A stretch of DNA of 64,000 bases from an uncultured delta proteobacterium (GCA_963803435.1 CAWDML010000008.1:64001-128000); one strand, 5' to 3'; counted from the first letter of the stretch, positions 32,136 through 43,216 are shown. Notes: a model not told the origin generated them from the letters alone. Made by a program: numbers and translations.

Positions 32136-33098
32136 TCATCCGTGATGCTCGGGGGGCGAGCTCCCACGTTTGGTCGACCCGCGCCCGATCGACAACAACG
32201 ACCGCTGCACTTTCTGGGGTGACGGCAGGCCCGCGCTGAGGAATGCGTGGCAGAAGCTCGTGGGCGACTGGAAGCCCAGCGCGCGCGCGACCTCGTCGGT
32301 TCTCGCGCCGGGCCGGCCCATGAAGAAGGCGCCGAGGGCGACGCGCTGTCCCTTGAGGTAGTCGCGCCACGAGCGCACGCACAGGTGAAAGCAGCGGAAG
32401 TACCGGTTGGCAAGCCGCAGCGCGTGATACTCACCGACGCCGAGCGCGCGCGAGAGATCGATGCTCATCGGTCGGGTCGAGAGCGGGAAGGCCACGCGCT
32501 CGAGGGCGCGGGCGACCGCGTAGTCGTTGACGCTGGCAGAGTGGTGGCCATTCGCCGGAGGCGGCGCGACCGGAAGCCCTTCCGAACGAAGGGCGAGGAG
32601 CGCTTCGCGGATGGCTCCGAAAGGACCCGCCCCTTGGTCCTCGGCTGCGAGCGATTCGACCACGCGCCGAAGGCTCGCCCGGGTGAGCGGAGAAAAGGCG
32701 AGCTTCACGTCTTGCGGGACCGAAGCGCCGATGGCGCTGTCGCGACGCCATACGATGTGGAGGACGTCCGTGGTCATCGTCAGCGAGCGAACCGGAGCCC
32801 GGCCCACCTTCGAGCAGACGATCGCATCCTCGGCTCGGAGATCGACGCTTCGGTCCGGCAGGCACGCGACGCCGGGCCCTTCCAGCAGGTAGCGGACGCC
32901 GGCCCAACCGTCGGCTCGCTCGGGCGCCAAGGTCTCGTCGACAATCCCGCCTCGGTGAACCTCCCGGATGACGACGAGGTCCTCGCTGCGAAGCTCGTGC
33001 TGAACCCAAAGGCCGCCGCCGGACGGACCTCGAGCCGTGTAGCGAACGACGATCACCACGTGGATTGGAAGCAACACGCACGCCACACGCCAGCCCAT
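32136..33098 (-). CDS. AraC family transcriptional regulator (start uncertain)
   Basis: Tandem HTH: SIDLSRALGV... and TDEVARALGFQSPTSFCHAF....LPSP. Confidence 0.8.
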   Translation of the reverse strand: MGWRVACVLLPIHVVIVVRYTARGPSGGGLWVQHELRSEDLVVIREVHRGGIVDETLAPERADGWAGVRYLLEGPGVACLPDRSVDLRAEDAIVCSKVGRAPVRSLTMTTDVLHIVWRRDSAIGASVPQDVKLAFSPLTRASLRRVVESLAAEDQGAGPFGAIREALLALRSEGLPVAPPPANGHHSASVNDYAVARALERVAFPLSTRPMSIDLSRALGVGEYHALRLANRYFRCFHLCVRSWRDYLKGQRVALGAFFMGRPGARTDEVARALGFQSPTSFCHAFLSAGLPSPQKVQRSLLSIGRGSTKRGSSPPEHHG

Positions 33099-33211
33099 CG
33101 AGAGGGCGCGAGAAAGATCGACCGCCGTTAGCCGACTGACGGGCGCATGGGAGAGAATGCCAAAACAGAGCAATCGACGACCCTGGGGGCGGCTGCATAC
33201 GGTCTCGAACG

Positions 33212-34378
33212 ATGCGGCTCGAGGAAACCAGGCAAATTCTGAGCGTCCCGCTCGCGCTGTCCGTCGCGGTCGTGGTCGGCCTCGCGGGCGCCGGCTGTGG
33301 ACCGGACTCGAGCGAGGTTGTCCGGCGGAGCACGTCTGGCATCACCGCGGGATACGCCGACGATTCGGATGAGGCCGCGGTCTGGATCGTCGCCAAGGTC
33401 GGCGGCGCTACCGGCTTCTGCTCGGGCGTGGTCGTCTCGCCGCACGTCGTCCTGACCGCAGGGCATTGCTCGTCGATCGAAGCCGCGTACTCGATCTTTC
33501 TCGGCGCGGATTACAACGATCCTGCGACGAAGACGCTACCCGAGAGCTACGTGCCGGTGATCGAGCATCATCCCCACCCGCGCTTCGATGCCAACCTCAA
33601 CGCGAACGATATCGGAGTCCTCGTGACCGAGTCAGCAATCCCGAGAGCGGCGGCTGCGATCAACCGAGCACCTTTGGTCGACGGCGACGTGGGCGTCCTC
33701 GTTCGAATCGTCGGGTACGGGCAGACCGAAGGCGGAATGAACCGCACCTACGGCCGGCGCTACGCAGCAGACACTACGCTCGCTGCGTTCGACATCACCG
33801 GTCTCGCGGTCGATGGACTTCCCAACATTTGTTTCTTCGACTCGGGCGGTCCCACCTTCATGACGCGGGACGGAGCTGAGGTCGTGGTCGGGGTTCACTC
33901 CGTGCTCGAGTCACAAGATTGCGCGAGTCGCGGCTGGGATACGCGCGTGGACGTCTATGCCGAGTTCGTGGATCAGTACATCGACGGCGTCGACCCGATC
34001 GTCGACGCCGGGTCGCCAGAGGAAGAGGACGCTGGCGACGCGGGATCGGCGGAGCCCGGCGAGGCTGACGCAGGATCGCCTGCGCCTGTCGACGCGGGTC
34101 AGGCGCAGGACGCCTCCCGCGCGGACACGAACCCATCGAGTTGTTCCGTCGGTCTCGGTCGACCGGCGTGGTCCTACCCCTTCCTCGTCGCCCTGGTCGC
34201 AGCGATGCGGTGGCTCCGGCGCCGGTCAGGTCGAGCGCGGTCGAGTCGACGTGGCCGTCCGGAGATCGAGGGCCGCCACCACGACCGACTCACCGGCTGC
34301 GAGGTTCGCGATGGCTTGGTCGGCTCTTTCGGCGGCGATGCTTCGCGCTGCAGTCCACCCGGCTCACCCAGGTCCTGA
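33212..34378 (+). CDS. Secreted trypsin-like (S1) serine protease with MYXO-CTERM-like tail
   Basis: VLTAGHC, NDIGVL, ICFFDSGGP triad motifs; acidic DAG linker; SSCSV...hydrophobic...RRR anchor. Confidence 0.85.
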   Translation: MRLEETRQILSVPLALSVAVVVGLAGAGCGPDSSEVVRRSTSGITAGYADDSDEAAVWIVAKVGGATGFCSGVVVSPHVVLTAGHCSSIEAAYSIFLGADYNDPATKTLPESYVPVIEHHPHPRFDANLNANDIGVLVTESAIPRAAAAINRAPLVDGDVGVLVRIVGYGQTEGGMNRTYGRRYAADTTLAAFDITGLAVDGLPNICFFDSGGPTFMTRDGAEVVVGVHSVLESQDCASRGWDTRVDVYAEFVDQYIDGVDPIVDAGSPEEEDAGDAGSAEPGEADAGSPAPVDAGQAQDASRADTNPSSCSVGLGRPAWSYPFLVALVAAMRWLRRRSGRARSSRRGRPEIEGRHHDRLTGCEVRDGLVGSFGGDASRCSPPGSPRS

Positions 34379-35102
34379 CCTCGGAGGTGGTGCCCGCGAA
34401 TGCCGAGATCTTCTCCGGCGGCGTCTCGAGGAAGTAGTGGAGGGCGCGCCCAGCGAACACCCGGGTCCGAAACACCTGGTCCTTGTCCAGGTTGGGCAGA
34501 AAGCCGCCCGCCGAGTACGTCAGATAGCGCCAAAGGTAGCACTGACCAGGTTTGCCGACGACGACGAACCGAGTATCGCCGTCCCCGACGATCCCGAGCG
34601 CTTCGTCACCGTCGTAGATCGTTCGGCCGGCGGCGTCGCAGCCCGCGACGAACACCTCCTCGGGCGTCTTGGTGAGGGCCTGATCGCCGACGCGTAGCCG
34701 ACCGGGCTCGCCGTCGACGTAGACCGTGACGGATTGGGGCACACGATCCGTGTCGACCTCGATGTTGGTCAACACGGGCGAGGAGGCGGAGCGCTCGCCC
34801 TGCTCCCGTGCGGGGCCATAGGTGTCCGGGAAGCGAAACGGGATCGCAAGATCGCCGCACGTCCGGTGCATCACGAGCTCCCGCTTCGTCGCAGTGGTCA
34901 TCAACATTCCGGCAGGGATGGTGACCTTGCCCTGACCGTTCGGCGCCAGGGTCCCGACCACTCGATCATCGATTCGAACCTGCGTGTCGGGAGGAACCGC
35001 CCACGGAACCAGGAGCAGGTGCTGGCCGGGGGTGGCCGGCGCCTCCTTCGCGCACGCGGTCATCACGCAGGCCGTGAGCAGGAGCCGGTGCCGGTTCCCC
35101 AT
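34290..35102 (-). CDS. Hypothetical lipoprotein
   Basis: MGNRHRLLLTACVMTAC lipobox; beta-rich body. Confidence 0.65.
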   Translation of the reverse strand: MGNRHRLLLTACVMTACAKEAPATPGQHLLLVPWAVPPDTQVRIDDRVVGTLAPNGQGKVTIPAGMLMTTATKRELVMHRTCGDLAIPFRFPDTYGPAREQGERSASSPVLTNIEVDTDRVPQSVTVYVDGEPGRLRVGDQALTKTPEEVFVAGCDAAGRTIYDGDEALGIVGDGDTRFVVVGKPGQCYLWRYLTYSAGGFLPNLDKDQVFRTRVFAGRALHYFLETPPEKISAFAGTTSEVRTWVSRVDCSAKHRRRKSRPSHREPRSR

Positions 35103-35364
35103 GGCCGCCGTATTCTCATCTTCGACACGAGGCGACAATCCGGATGCTCGACGATCGGCTGCCGGGCGAGTGGCTCGCAGTCCGGCGCGGAGTTCCTGTC
35201 ACCCACTGCGACGCTCGCGGGCCACCCGGGCGCTCGGCGTTCGGGAAGTCCGGGCGCACCAAGCTCGATCGCCGACCCGGAAATGTGTGGACTTGGAACG
35301 CTTACACATCGGTCGTAAGCGTCCGGTCCCGAACGGACCGGCGCCGGGGCCGATAAACCTCGAG

Positions 35365-36913
35365 ATGACGAGGACGTCCGGGATCTCGACGGGGAAGAAG
35401 ATCATCATTGCGGGCGCGGGCCTGGCCATGCTGGCGCCCAGCGCGGTGGTGACGGCCGGGACGGATTCGCCGCTGCCTCCACCGCAACCGAACGACCACG
35501 GTCACGTGCTCCAGGTCGACGCCCAGACAGAGCGCCGGCTCCAGCTGGAGGCTGCGATGTTGGCGCGGGCGCGTGAGCGATCGATCCGGCACGAGCTGGG
35601 ACCGGGCGTCGTGCGTCTCGATGTCGAGCGGACCGAGCTGGCCGCGCTGAGCCCCGAGGCCAAACACGCGCACGAGATCGTGACGTCGTTGCTCTCGGCG
35701 AACCGCAAGCCGGAGGGCGAGGCGGCCTGGCGCGCGATGGTCCACATCTTCGGGAAGGCGGAGAGCGCCGCCGGGGAGCCACCGATGGTCAACGTCGACG
35801 CGGCGGCCTTGGACCGCGTGGCGGCGCACTTCCGGGAGCTCGGCATCCCGCTCACCGACGCCGGGCTGGCGACCTTTCGCTCCGCGCGGTTGATCACGAC
35901 CAAGCGACGGACGGTCGGCCTCGACACGGCGCTCGCCTACGCGCGCGCCCTCGACGGTAAGGAGATGCTCTATCACCTGTCCGATCGACGGACGCCGGAG
36001 GAGCGCGGCGCGCTGGCGGTGTTCCAGAGCCTCGGCATCCCGGGTTCGCGACACCTGCTCCGGGTGCTCGGCCTCGAGGACGGCACTCAGCCCGATGGCA
36101 GCCTCACCATCACGCAGCGGGAGGTCGGCGCGCTGGTCAGGCACGCCGGACGCCGAAACGTGTCCCTCACGCCGAAGGGGATCACGGCGTTCAGGGCGAC
36201 GCACCAGCTCGGTTCCGGATCCAAGATCAAATCGAAAGACCGCGGACGTGCTCGTCGATCTACTCCCGCCCGTCGGCGGCCGCCCGGCGAGCCGGGCTGG
36301 ACGATATGACTGGTACCGCCGCATCGTGATGACGCAGGGCTTCCGCTGGCAGAGTGGACCGAACCGGATGAACGTGGTCGGCCTGCGCGGCTTCGATCCG
36401 TCCCAAGGGAAGAACAACAACGCGTTCAACAGGTGGAACGATACGATCGCGTTCGTGTGGAAGGACGGCGCGGGCCACGTGCACGTGCACGAGTTCGACG
36501 CGACCACCGACCCGGGCTACAAGTCGTACTACGACACGCCCGACGCGAACGGCGACGGCTCGGGCGACGTGGCGCATCTTCGACCCGGCCAGTACGAGTA
36601 CCGCGAGGGGACGCATCACGGCCTCTACGGCGCCGGGAATCCGACGATCAACGTGCCCGTGGATCGGGACACGAACCACGACGGTCGCATCGAGAACGGC
36701 GAGCGCGCCGCCTCGATCCAGCGCAGCGACGTCGGCTACGGGATCAACATCCACTGGGGTCCCGGCTCCGACATCGGCTCGGTCGGGATCTACTCGCTCG
36801 GCTGCCAGGTGGTGACGCTCTCGTACAACGCGTTCCGCGCGCAGATCTCGCCCCTCCTGGGGATGAACCATGAGGTGCCGTACACGCTGGTGGAGATGTC
36901 TTCGGTCGCGTGA
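35365..36913 (+). CDS. Secreted protein with C-terminal L,D-transpeptidase-like (His...SxGC) domain; frameshift at ~36229
   Basis: N-terminal signal/TM; NVVGLRG, WNDTI, ATTDPG, LRPGQY, VDRDTNHDG, GINIH...YSLGCQV. Joins ORFs 34984.. and 36095..36913. Confidence 0.7.
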
Positions 36914-36931
36914 GGCGCAACGGCCAGGCCG

Positions 36932-37888
36932 CTACTTCGCTTCCATCAGCGTCTTGAGATCGCGCTCGAGCTGCTCGGCGGTAAACTTGCTGACCTTGAC
37001 CGGCACGTGCGTCGCGGGAGAGGTGGCGTAGTACTCGGCCTTCTTGTCCTCGCCTTTGCGAACCAGCTTGGTGGTGCCGAACGACTTCTCGTTCTCGCCG
37101 TACCAGGTCACCTCTAGGATGGGGACGGCGTCTTCGAGCGCGCCATCGTCAGCGAGGTATTCGACGACCACCAGCTTGTCGAGCTTATCGAGATAGTTCT
37201 CGAGGGTCTCCATCTTGGTATCGGGCGCCGAGGCGTCGGACCAGAAGGCGTCCTTGGCCGAGAGCCGGTTCTTGTGGAGGCCGGTCTTGGTCCCGGCGCT
37301 CGAGCTGATCACGACCTTCTCGATCTCCTCCATCTTCTCGGTCCGCAGCTTTCGCTGCATGAAGCGTCCCTCTGGGAACTCGAGATCCGAGATCGACCGC
37401 GACTCCACCAGGAAGACCTCCGGATCGCCCTGCGGCCTCACGTAGAAGTCGCGTGAGCCGCTGGTGCGGCCGCCGATGTCGAACACCTTCTTCTTGCCGC
37501 TGTAACGGATCTCGAGCCGTCGTTCCGGCTTCTCCAGCGCGGTCTGCTTCAGCTCGTCGGCCGTGAGGTTCTTGCCGAGGCTGCGCTGGGCCTGGAAGGG
37601 CGCCAGCTTGGCCAGGTGCTCGGTGAAGATCTCGTTTCCGGCGAAGCCGCGCTTCTTGCCCTTGCTCTCGATCTCGAACCACGGGTAGTGCGCTCCGGCG
37701 TCGTCCTTGAAGGAGACCGCCACCGTCTGCGTCTTCGCGTACAGCGTGAGACCCTCGACCGCCTCCTTCTTCACGTCGAAGATCGTCACCGCGATCTCCT
37801 TCGTCGGCGTGTCGTCCTTGGTCCAGGAGAGGTACGCGCCGACCAGGAGGGCGGCGAGCAGCGCTCCGTATACCTTGATCTCGTTCAT
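36932..37888 (-). CDS. DUF4340 domain-containing protein
   Basis: MNEIKVYGALLAALLVGAYLSW TM; FDIGG...FYVR....EVFLV; last gene of a Gld-like ABC operon. Confidence 0.75.
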   Translation of the reverse strand: MNEIKVYGALLAALLVGAYLSWTKDDTPTKEIAVTIFDVKKEAVEGLTLYAKTQTVAVSFKDDAGAHYPWFEIESKGKKRGFAGNEIFTEHLAKLAPFQAQRSLGKNLTADELKQTALEKPERRLEIRYSGKKKVFDIGGRTSGSRDFYVRPQGDPEVFLVESRSISDLEFPEGRFMQRKLRTEKMEEIEKVVISSSAGTKTGLHKNRLSAKDAFWSDASAPDTKMETLENYLDKLDKLVVVEYLADDGALEDAVPILEVTWYGENEKSFGTTKLVRKGEDKKAEYYATSPATHVPVKVSKFTAEQLERDLKTLMEAK

Positions 37889-39710
37889 GACCGTCGCCTC
37901 CCGCGGATCAGGAAGAATCCCGCGAGCAAAACCAGGAGCGGCACTCCGAAGGTGGTGCCGTAGAAGAGCAGGGCGTCGTCCTCCTTGCGGTGGATGATCT
38001 TCACGTCCTTCTCGGCCACCGTCGGGATCACCGGGTCCTGCGTGAGCTGGAGCCAGTAGACGACGTCGGCCATCAACAGGACGTTCCCCTGGACCAGCCC
38101 GATCGAGATCGTCGGCGACGACGTCGGCGTCGGCGAGGACGAAGACGCGCCCCTCGTCCTCCTTCTTGCCGGTGGTGGAGGTCCGGGTGACCGCCGCCGC
38201 CAGGCCGAAGATGTCCTTCTTTTCGCCCTCGTCGAGCTCCAGGTTGTTGTTGGCGTCGGCGAACGTGTCGGGAACCGTGGTCAGCACCATGTCGGTCTTG
38301 ATCTTGTCGAGCTTCGCCTTCCCGGAGGCCAGCGAGCCTGACTTGTAGAAGACGGTGGCCAGCTTCTCGTTCCGCGTCATCGTGCTGACGGAGGCGTGCG
38401 AGCTGTACTTGTTCGACCAGATGAAGGCGCGGTCCGCCTTGGTCCGGGTGAGCGGTGCGTTCGTGCGCTCGTTGGCGAGCAGCGTCTTGTCGAACGTCAG
38501 GTCGTACGCCGAGAGGAAGTCCTTCATCGGGTCGCCGTCGCGCTCGCCCTCGAGGGTGAGGAACACGCGGCCGCCCTTCTCGACGAACTTGTGGAGCGTC
38601 TCCACCTCACCCTGGAGGAACGGCTTCTCCGGACCCATGATGAACACCACGGAGGCGTCCTTCGGGATCTCGGTGGCCAGGCCTTCGGCGACGCCGAGCG
38701 GCTTCACGGTGAACTGCCAGGCCTCCAGCTGCTGCTTGAGGAGCTTGACGGTGGGACGCTTGTCGTCCTCGTGCGCAGCCCGGTCGGCGCGCTCCTCGTG
38801 GCCCCGGGTGAAGTATGCGACCTTCTTCTCGGTCGTCACCTTGATCAACGACTTGAGGAAGTTCTGGTCGAACCGGCGCAGGTTGCTGCGCGCGGTGCGC
38901 TCGTCGGTACCGATGCGCGTCTTCTCGACCGCCTTCTCGTGCATGATGGCGACGTAGCCGTTCTCGGTGACCTTCGCGTCCTTGGCGGAGATCGCTCGCG
39001 AGCGCCTGGTCGACGGTCTCCACGGTCAGGTTCGAGTTCTCCGCCACCAGCGGATCGAAGTAGCTCTTGAGCGTCTCGGCGACATCGCTGGCCCGCGGGA
39101 AGAACAGCACCACGCGCACCGGTTTGGTGAGGTCGCGGATGGCCCGGTGGGTGACGTCGGAGGCGGTGGCCCGGTTGCCGGCCGAGAGGTCCCACTTCAC
39201 CTCGTGCCGGTTGGCGATGTAGTTCGCCAGGAACACGCACGAGAGCAGGAGCCCGAGGGCCATTCCGGTCTGGAAGGTCCGCCGCACGCGCTGGTGCTCG
39301 TAGCGGCCGATGTACGCCGTCGGGGTGGTGGCGATCTCAATCGCGATCAGCGGCAGGAGCGAGCAGACCAGGAGGATCGGCCACGCCACCCAGAGCATGC
39401 CGCGGATCTTCTCGGAGTCCGGGTTGTCGCCGTGGAAGACGCCGGGGATCAACGCGTAGAGGCCCACGGCGCAGGCGATCGCGACCGTGAGGCTGAAGAT
39501 GAGGATCGCGACCGGGCGCGACTGCTCGGTGGCGCTGGAGAGCTCCTTGGCACGCCACGCGATCGCCGCCAGCAGGGCCGCGGTGGTGATGGCGGCGATG
39601 GAGAGGCGCACCGTCTCGTCGGCCGAGTAGACGCGCTCGCCGACGAACAGGAGGAGCAGCACGGCGCCGACGACCCAGGTGGGCCAGCTCTCGTGGATCC
39701 GTTTGGTCAT
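37885..39710 (-). CDS. GldG-family ABC auxiliary protein; frameshifts at ~38987 and ~38103
   Basis: N-terminal TMs, KWDLS, AYFTRGHEER, IPKDASVVFIMGPEKPF, GRVFVLADAD, C-terminal TM + RRR. Confidence 0.8.
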
Positions 39711-40468
39711 CACAACCTCCACCTGCGGGACTCGAGGACGTTCCGGGCGGCCACCAGGAACACCAGCGAGACCGAGCCGTAGTAGACGAGGTTGGCCAGC
39801 GTGATGGTCCCCTCCATGAACGGGTTGAAGTGTTTGTCGTGGAGGGTCAGGTAGCCGATGATGTCGCCGAGCGCGCCGTCGACGACGCGCGCCAGCGTCC
39901 ACAGCACCAGCATCACCACCGTGATGACCAGGGAGATGATCGCGGCGACCAGCTGCGATCGGACCAGGGCGCTCCCAAACATCCCGATCGCGACCCCGGC
40001 CGACCCGATACAGAGCACGCCCACGTAGCCGGCGAAGATGTGCCCGAACGAGACCGCACCGTTGTAGAAGACCAAGAGCGGCATGTAGACGCTGATCGCG
40101 GTGAAGAGCCCGATCATCACCATCGCGGACACGTACTTGGCGGCGACGATCTGGCCCTCGCGGAGCGACGAGGTGGTCAAGAGCGGAAGCGTCCCGTTTT
40201 GCCGCTCCTCGGCGATGAGCCGCATCGCCAGCAAGACGCCGGTGGCGACCGCGCAGCCGCTGCAGTCGTAGAAGAAGCGACTCAGGACGTCGCTCGAGTA
40301 CTTGGGCGTGCTCCCGACGGCGTCGATGTTGTAGAGCAGCCCGAGAAACAGGAGCAGGGCCGCCAGGATCACGTAGCCGCTCCAGGTAGTCAGGTACTGG
40401 CCGAGCTCGCGGCGGACGACCAGCATCATCAATCGCGCCGCGTTCGGCTTCGTTCGTGCGGGGCTCAT
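39710..40468 (-). CDS. ABC-2 permease (GldF/PilI-like)
   Basis: RRELGQY, MRLIAEERQNGTL.LL.T, AAKY, S.LVRSQLVAA. Confidence 0.88.
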   Translation of the reverse strand: MSPARTKPNAARLMMLVVRRELGQYLTTWSGYVILAALLLFLGLLYNIDAVGSTPKYSSDVLSRFFYDCSGCAVATGVLLAMRLIAEERQNGTLPLLTTSSLREGQIVAAKYVSAMVMIGLFTAISVYMPLLVFYNGAVSFGHIFAGYVGVLCIGSAGVAIGMFGSALVRSQLVAAIISLVITVVMLVLWTLARVVDGALGDIIGYLTLHDKHFNPFMEGTITLANLVYYGSVSLVFLVAARNVLESRRWRL

Positions 40469-41403
40469 GCGGCCTCCTTGGTCAGCTCGACGAAGAGCGA
40501 CTCGAGCTTGTTCTGGATCGGCTCCATCCGGCGCAGGCCGAGCCGGGCGCCCACGATCATCGCGGAGAGCTCCTCGGCCATCCGGCCGTCGCTGAGCTCT
40601 GCCTGGACGACGTGGACCTCCCCGTCGCTCGAGCTCTTGGTCCACGAGGCGATCAGGCCGGTGACGCGGCCCTCCTCGAAGGTCTCCTTGAGGAGCTCGA
40701 GCCGGCCCTTGACCTCGACCACGATCGCGATGGACGCGGACTTCGCGATCTCGTTCTCGGTCCCGACGGCCACCATCTCGCCGCCGCGGATCACCATCAG
40801 GCGATCGCAGGTCTGCTTGATCTCGGGGAGGTTGTGGCTGGAAATGAGGACCGTGTGCTTGTCCTTGAGAGAGCGGATCAGCTCCCGCATCTCGATGATC
40901 TGGACCGGATCGAGGCCCCCGGTGGGCTCGTCGAGGATCACCAGGGCGGGCTCGTGGATGACGGCCTGACAGATGCCGATCCGCTGCCGGAAGCCGTGCG
41001 ACAGATTTCCGATCAGATCGTTCCGGCGGTCCTTCGACTGCGTCAACTCGAGGACGTCCTCCACGCGGCCGCCCACCTGGCTGTCCTCGACCCCGCGCAG
41101 CCGGGCGGCGAACTCGAGGTAGCTCTGGACGGTCATGTCGTCGTAGAGCGGGGGGCGCTCCGGCAGGAACCCGATCCTCCAGCGGACGTCGGCGGCATCG
41201 GAGGCCAGCATGTCCTGGCCGTCGATGGTGATCGTCCCCGACGAGGGCGCGAGCAGGCCGGCGAGCATGCGGAGCGTCGTGGTCTTGCCGGCGCCGTTGA
41301 GACCGAGGAAACCCACGATCTCTCGATCCTCGATTGCGAGCGTCAGGCCGCGAACGGCGCATCGGCTCCCGTAGAATTTGGTGAGGGCCTCTGTACGGAT
41401 CAT
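40465..41403 (-). CDS. ABC ATP-binding protein (GldA/PilH-like)
   Basis: GLNGAGKTTT, LSHGFRQR, ILDEPTGGLDP, ISSHNL. Confidence 0.92.
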   Translation of the reverse strand: MIRTEALTKFYGSRCAVRGLTLAIEDREIVGFLGLNGAGKTTTLRMLAGLLAPSSGTITIDGQDMLASDAADVRWRIGFLPERPPLYDDMTVQSYLEFAARLRGVEDSQVGGRVEDVLELTQSKDRRNDLIGNLSHGFRQRIGICQAVIHEPALVILDEPTGGLDPVQIIEMRELIRSLKDKHTVLISSHNLPEIKQTCDRLMVIRGGEMVAVGTENEIAKSASIAIVVEVKGRLELLKETFEEGRVTGLIASWTKSSSDGEVHVVQAELSDGRMAEELSAMIVGARLGLRRMEPIQNKLESLFVELTKEAA

Positions 41404-41419
41404 GGCATTAAGGCGAGCG

Positions 41420-41447
41420 ATTCAACTCCAAACCGGGATGGTGTCAA
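41420..41447 (-). promoter_or_regulatory. Possible sigma70 promoter of the ABC operon
   Basis: Perfect TTGACA (41447-41442 on minus strand) with TTGAAT ~16 nt downstream. Confidence 0.45.
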
Positions 41448-41524
41448 CGGCAAAGTCCCGAAACACGTCGGGATTCTCCCGTGGGCTTGCTCCCGAATGG
41501 AATCTCTGACCGACTGCCTCTCCC

Positions 41525-42178
41525 GTGAGCGAGGATGCCCTTGAGACCGTGGGACCCCGCGCGGTGGCGACGCGTTTCGCACGCTACCAGCGACTCGCGG
41601 TGCGGCAGCGAAAGAAGTGGCTCGAGATCCTCCTGTCGCTCGAGCTGCGCAACACCTACGACGTCTTCGACGAGACCGAGGTCGCGGTCTTCAAGGTCCA
41701 AGAGGTCGGCTCCGGCGTCCTCGGGCTCCTGGGACGCCTGATCCTGGGGACGACGCGTCCGTTTCGCGTCGCCGTCACAGATCTCACCACCGGTGAGATT
41801 GTCCTCCAGCTCGTCCGCCCCTATCGCTTCATCTTCCACGAGCTCGAGGTGCGGGCCTCCAATGGGGAGAAGATCGGGAAGATCCGGCGGCGGTGGAGCT
41901 GGGTCCGGCGCATCTACAGTATCGAGGACGCTCAGGGGAACGAGGTCGCCACCTTGCTCGGCCCGTTCCTCAAGCCGTGGACGTTCGAGATCAAGCAGGG
42001 CGAGAAGACCATCGGCCAGGTCCAGAAGAAGTGGAGCGGCCTCGGCAAGGAGCTCTTCTCGGACGCCGACAACTTCGGGGTCGATCTGGGAAAGATCAAG
42101 GATCCAACCCTGAAGAGCCTCGCGTTCGCGTCGATCGTGCTGATCGACGTGGTCCACTTCGAACGCATGAAGGGTTGA
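41525..42178 (+). CDS. Phospholipid scramblase / LURP-one (Tubby C-like) family protein
   Basis: VRQRKKWLEIL...RNTY, TRPF, IGKIRRRWS, KKWSGLGKELFSDADNFGV, LIDVVHFE. Confidence 0.85.
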   Translation: MSEDALETVGPRAVATRFARYQRLAVRQRKKWLEILLSLELRNTYDVFDETEVAVFKVQEVGSGVLGLLGRLILGTTRPFRVAVTDLTTGEIVLQLVRPYRFIFHELEVRASNGEKIGKIRRRWSWVRRIYSIEDAQGNEVATLLGPFLKPWTFEIKQGEKTIGQVQKKWSGLGKELFSDADNFGVDLGKIKDPTLKSLAFASIVLIDVVHFERMKG

Positions 42179-42180
42179 GC

Positions 42181-43216
42181 GTGGATCTCTCGCCGTTCGC
42201 CAATGAGCGGGTGACCGTCGCCGTTCCGGACGCGACCCGGCCGCTGGATCCGAAGGTGATCGAGCGCCTGATCGGCGGTCTCCTCGGCGTCGGGGCCGAG
42301 CCGACGATCGTGGTGGCTCTCGGGTTACACCGGCGGATGACCGAGGTCGAGCTGGGGCCGCTGGCGGCGATCGCGGGCCGCGCCGGGATCCCGCTCCTCC
42401 AGCACGACCCGCACGCGTCGCGGATCCTGAAGCGGCGATCCGATCATCGCCGTCGGTCTGGTGGAGCCGCACCAGTACGCCGGCTTCTCGGGCGGCGTGA
42501 AGACCGTCGTGATCGGCTGCGGCTCGGCGAAGACCATCGCCCGTCTTCACGGCCTCCCGTTCCTGCGTGATCCCGGGACGCGCATCGGGTGCATCGAGGG
42601 CAACCCGTTTCAAGCCGAGCTGCAGCGGCTGGCGGCACCGCTTCCGATCTGGGCGCTCCAGATTGTGCCGGGCGGCGGCGAGCACTTCGGGCCGGTCGGC
42701 GAGGCGTTCGCGCGTGCGGTCGCCGAGGCGTCCGAGCGATGCTTCGAGCCGGTCGACGCGCCGCTCGACTGGATGCACCTGATCGTGCCGCCTTCGAAGG
42801 CGCTCAGCTTCTATCAGGCCTCGCGGGCCGCCACGTACGTCGCGCTGGTGGATCGGTCCGCGATCCGGCAGGGCGGGCATGTGATGATGGAGGCGGCCTG
42901 TCCCGAGGGGCTGGGGCTCGGCGCGGGCGAGCTCGCTTTTGCGCGTGCGCTGGCCCGCGGGCGCGCCTCGCTCCTCGACGAGCTCGCCCGGGACGATCGC
43001 GAGATTGCGGGCGGCGAGCAGCGAGCGTATGTGCTGGCGCAGGCGCTCGAACGTGTGCGCATCACGGTCGTGGGCGCCCCGAGGATGCCCGAGCTGGAGC
43101 GCTTCGGGATCGAGCAGCGGGCGGTGGTGGGCACGCCGGCGGGACGCGGCGGTCTTTTCGAGGATCCGTTTCACCGCCTGCCGCGGCTGGGAGCGAAGGT
43201 CGGAGGACCAACGTGA
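42181..43216 (+). CDS. LarA-like (lactate racemase domain) protein; frameshift at ~42435
   Basis: VAVPDATRP, ALGLHRRMT, QHDP, GLVEPHQYAGFSGGVK, SFYQASRA, AACPEGLG. Confidence 0.8.

Noticed and set aside
35277-35345. c-di-GMP or other known riboswitch
   Set aside because: Hairpins are present but I could not match the consensus of any known class.
36932-41403. Naming the ABC operon pilGHI or gldAFG
   Set aside because: Family resemblance only; no pilin or gliding genes adjacent to establish orthology.
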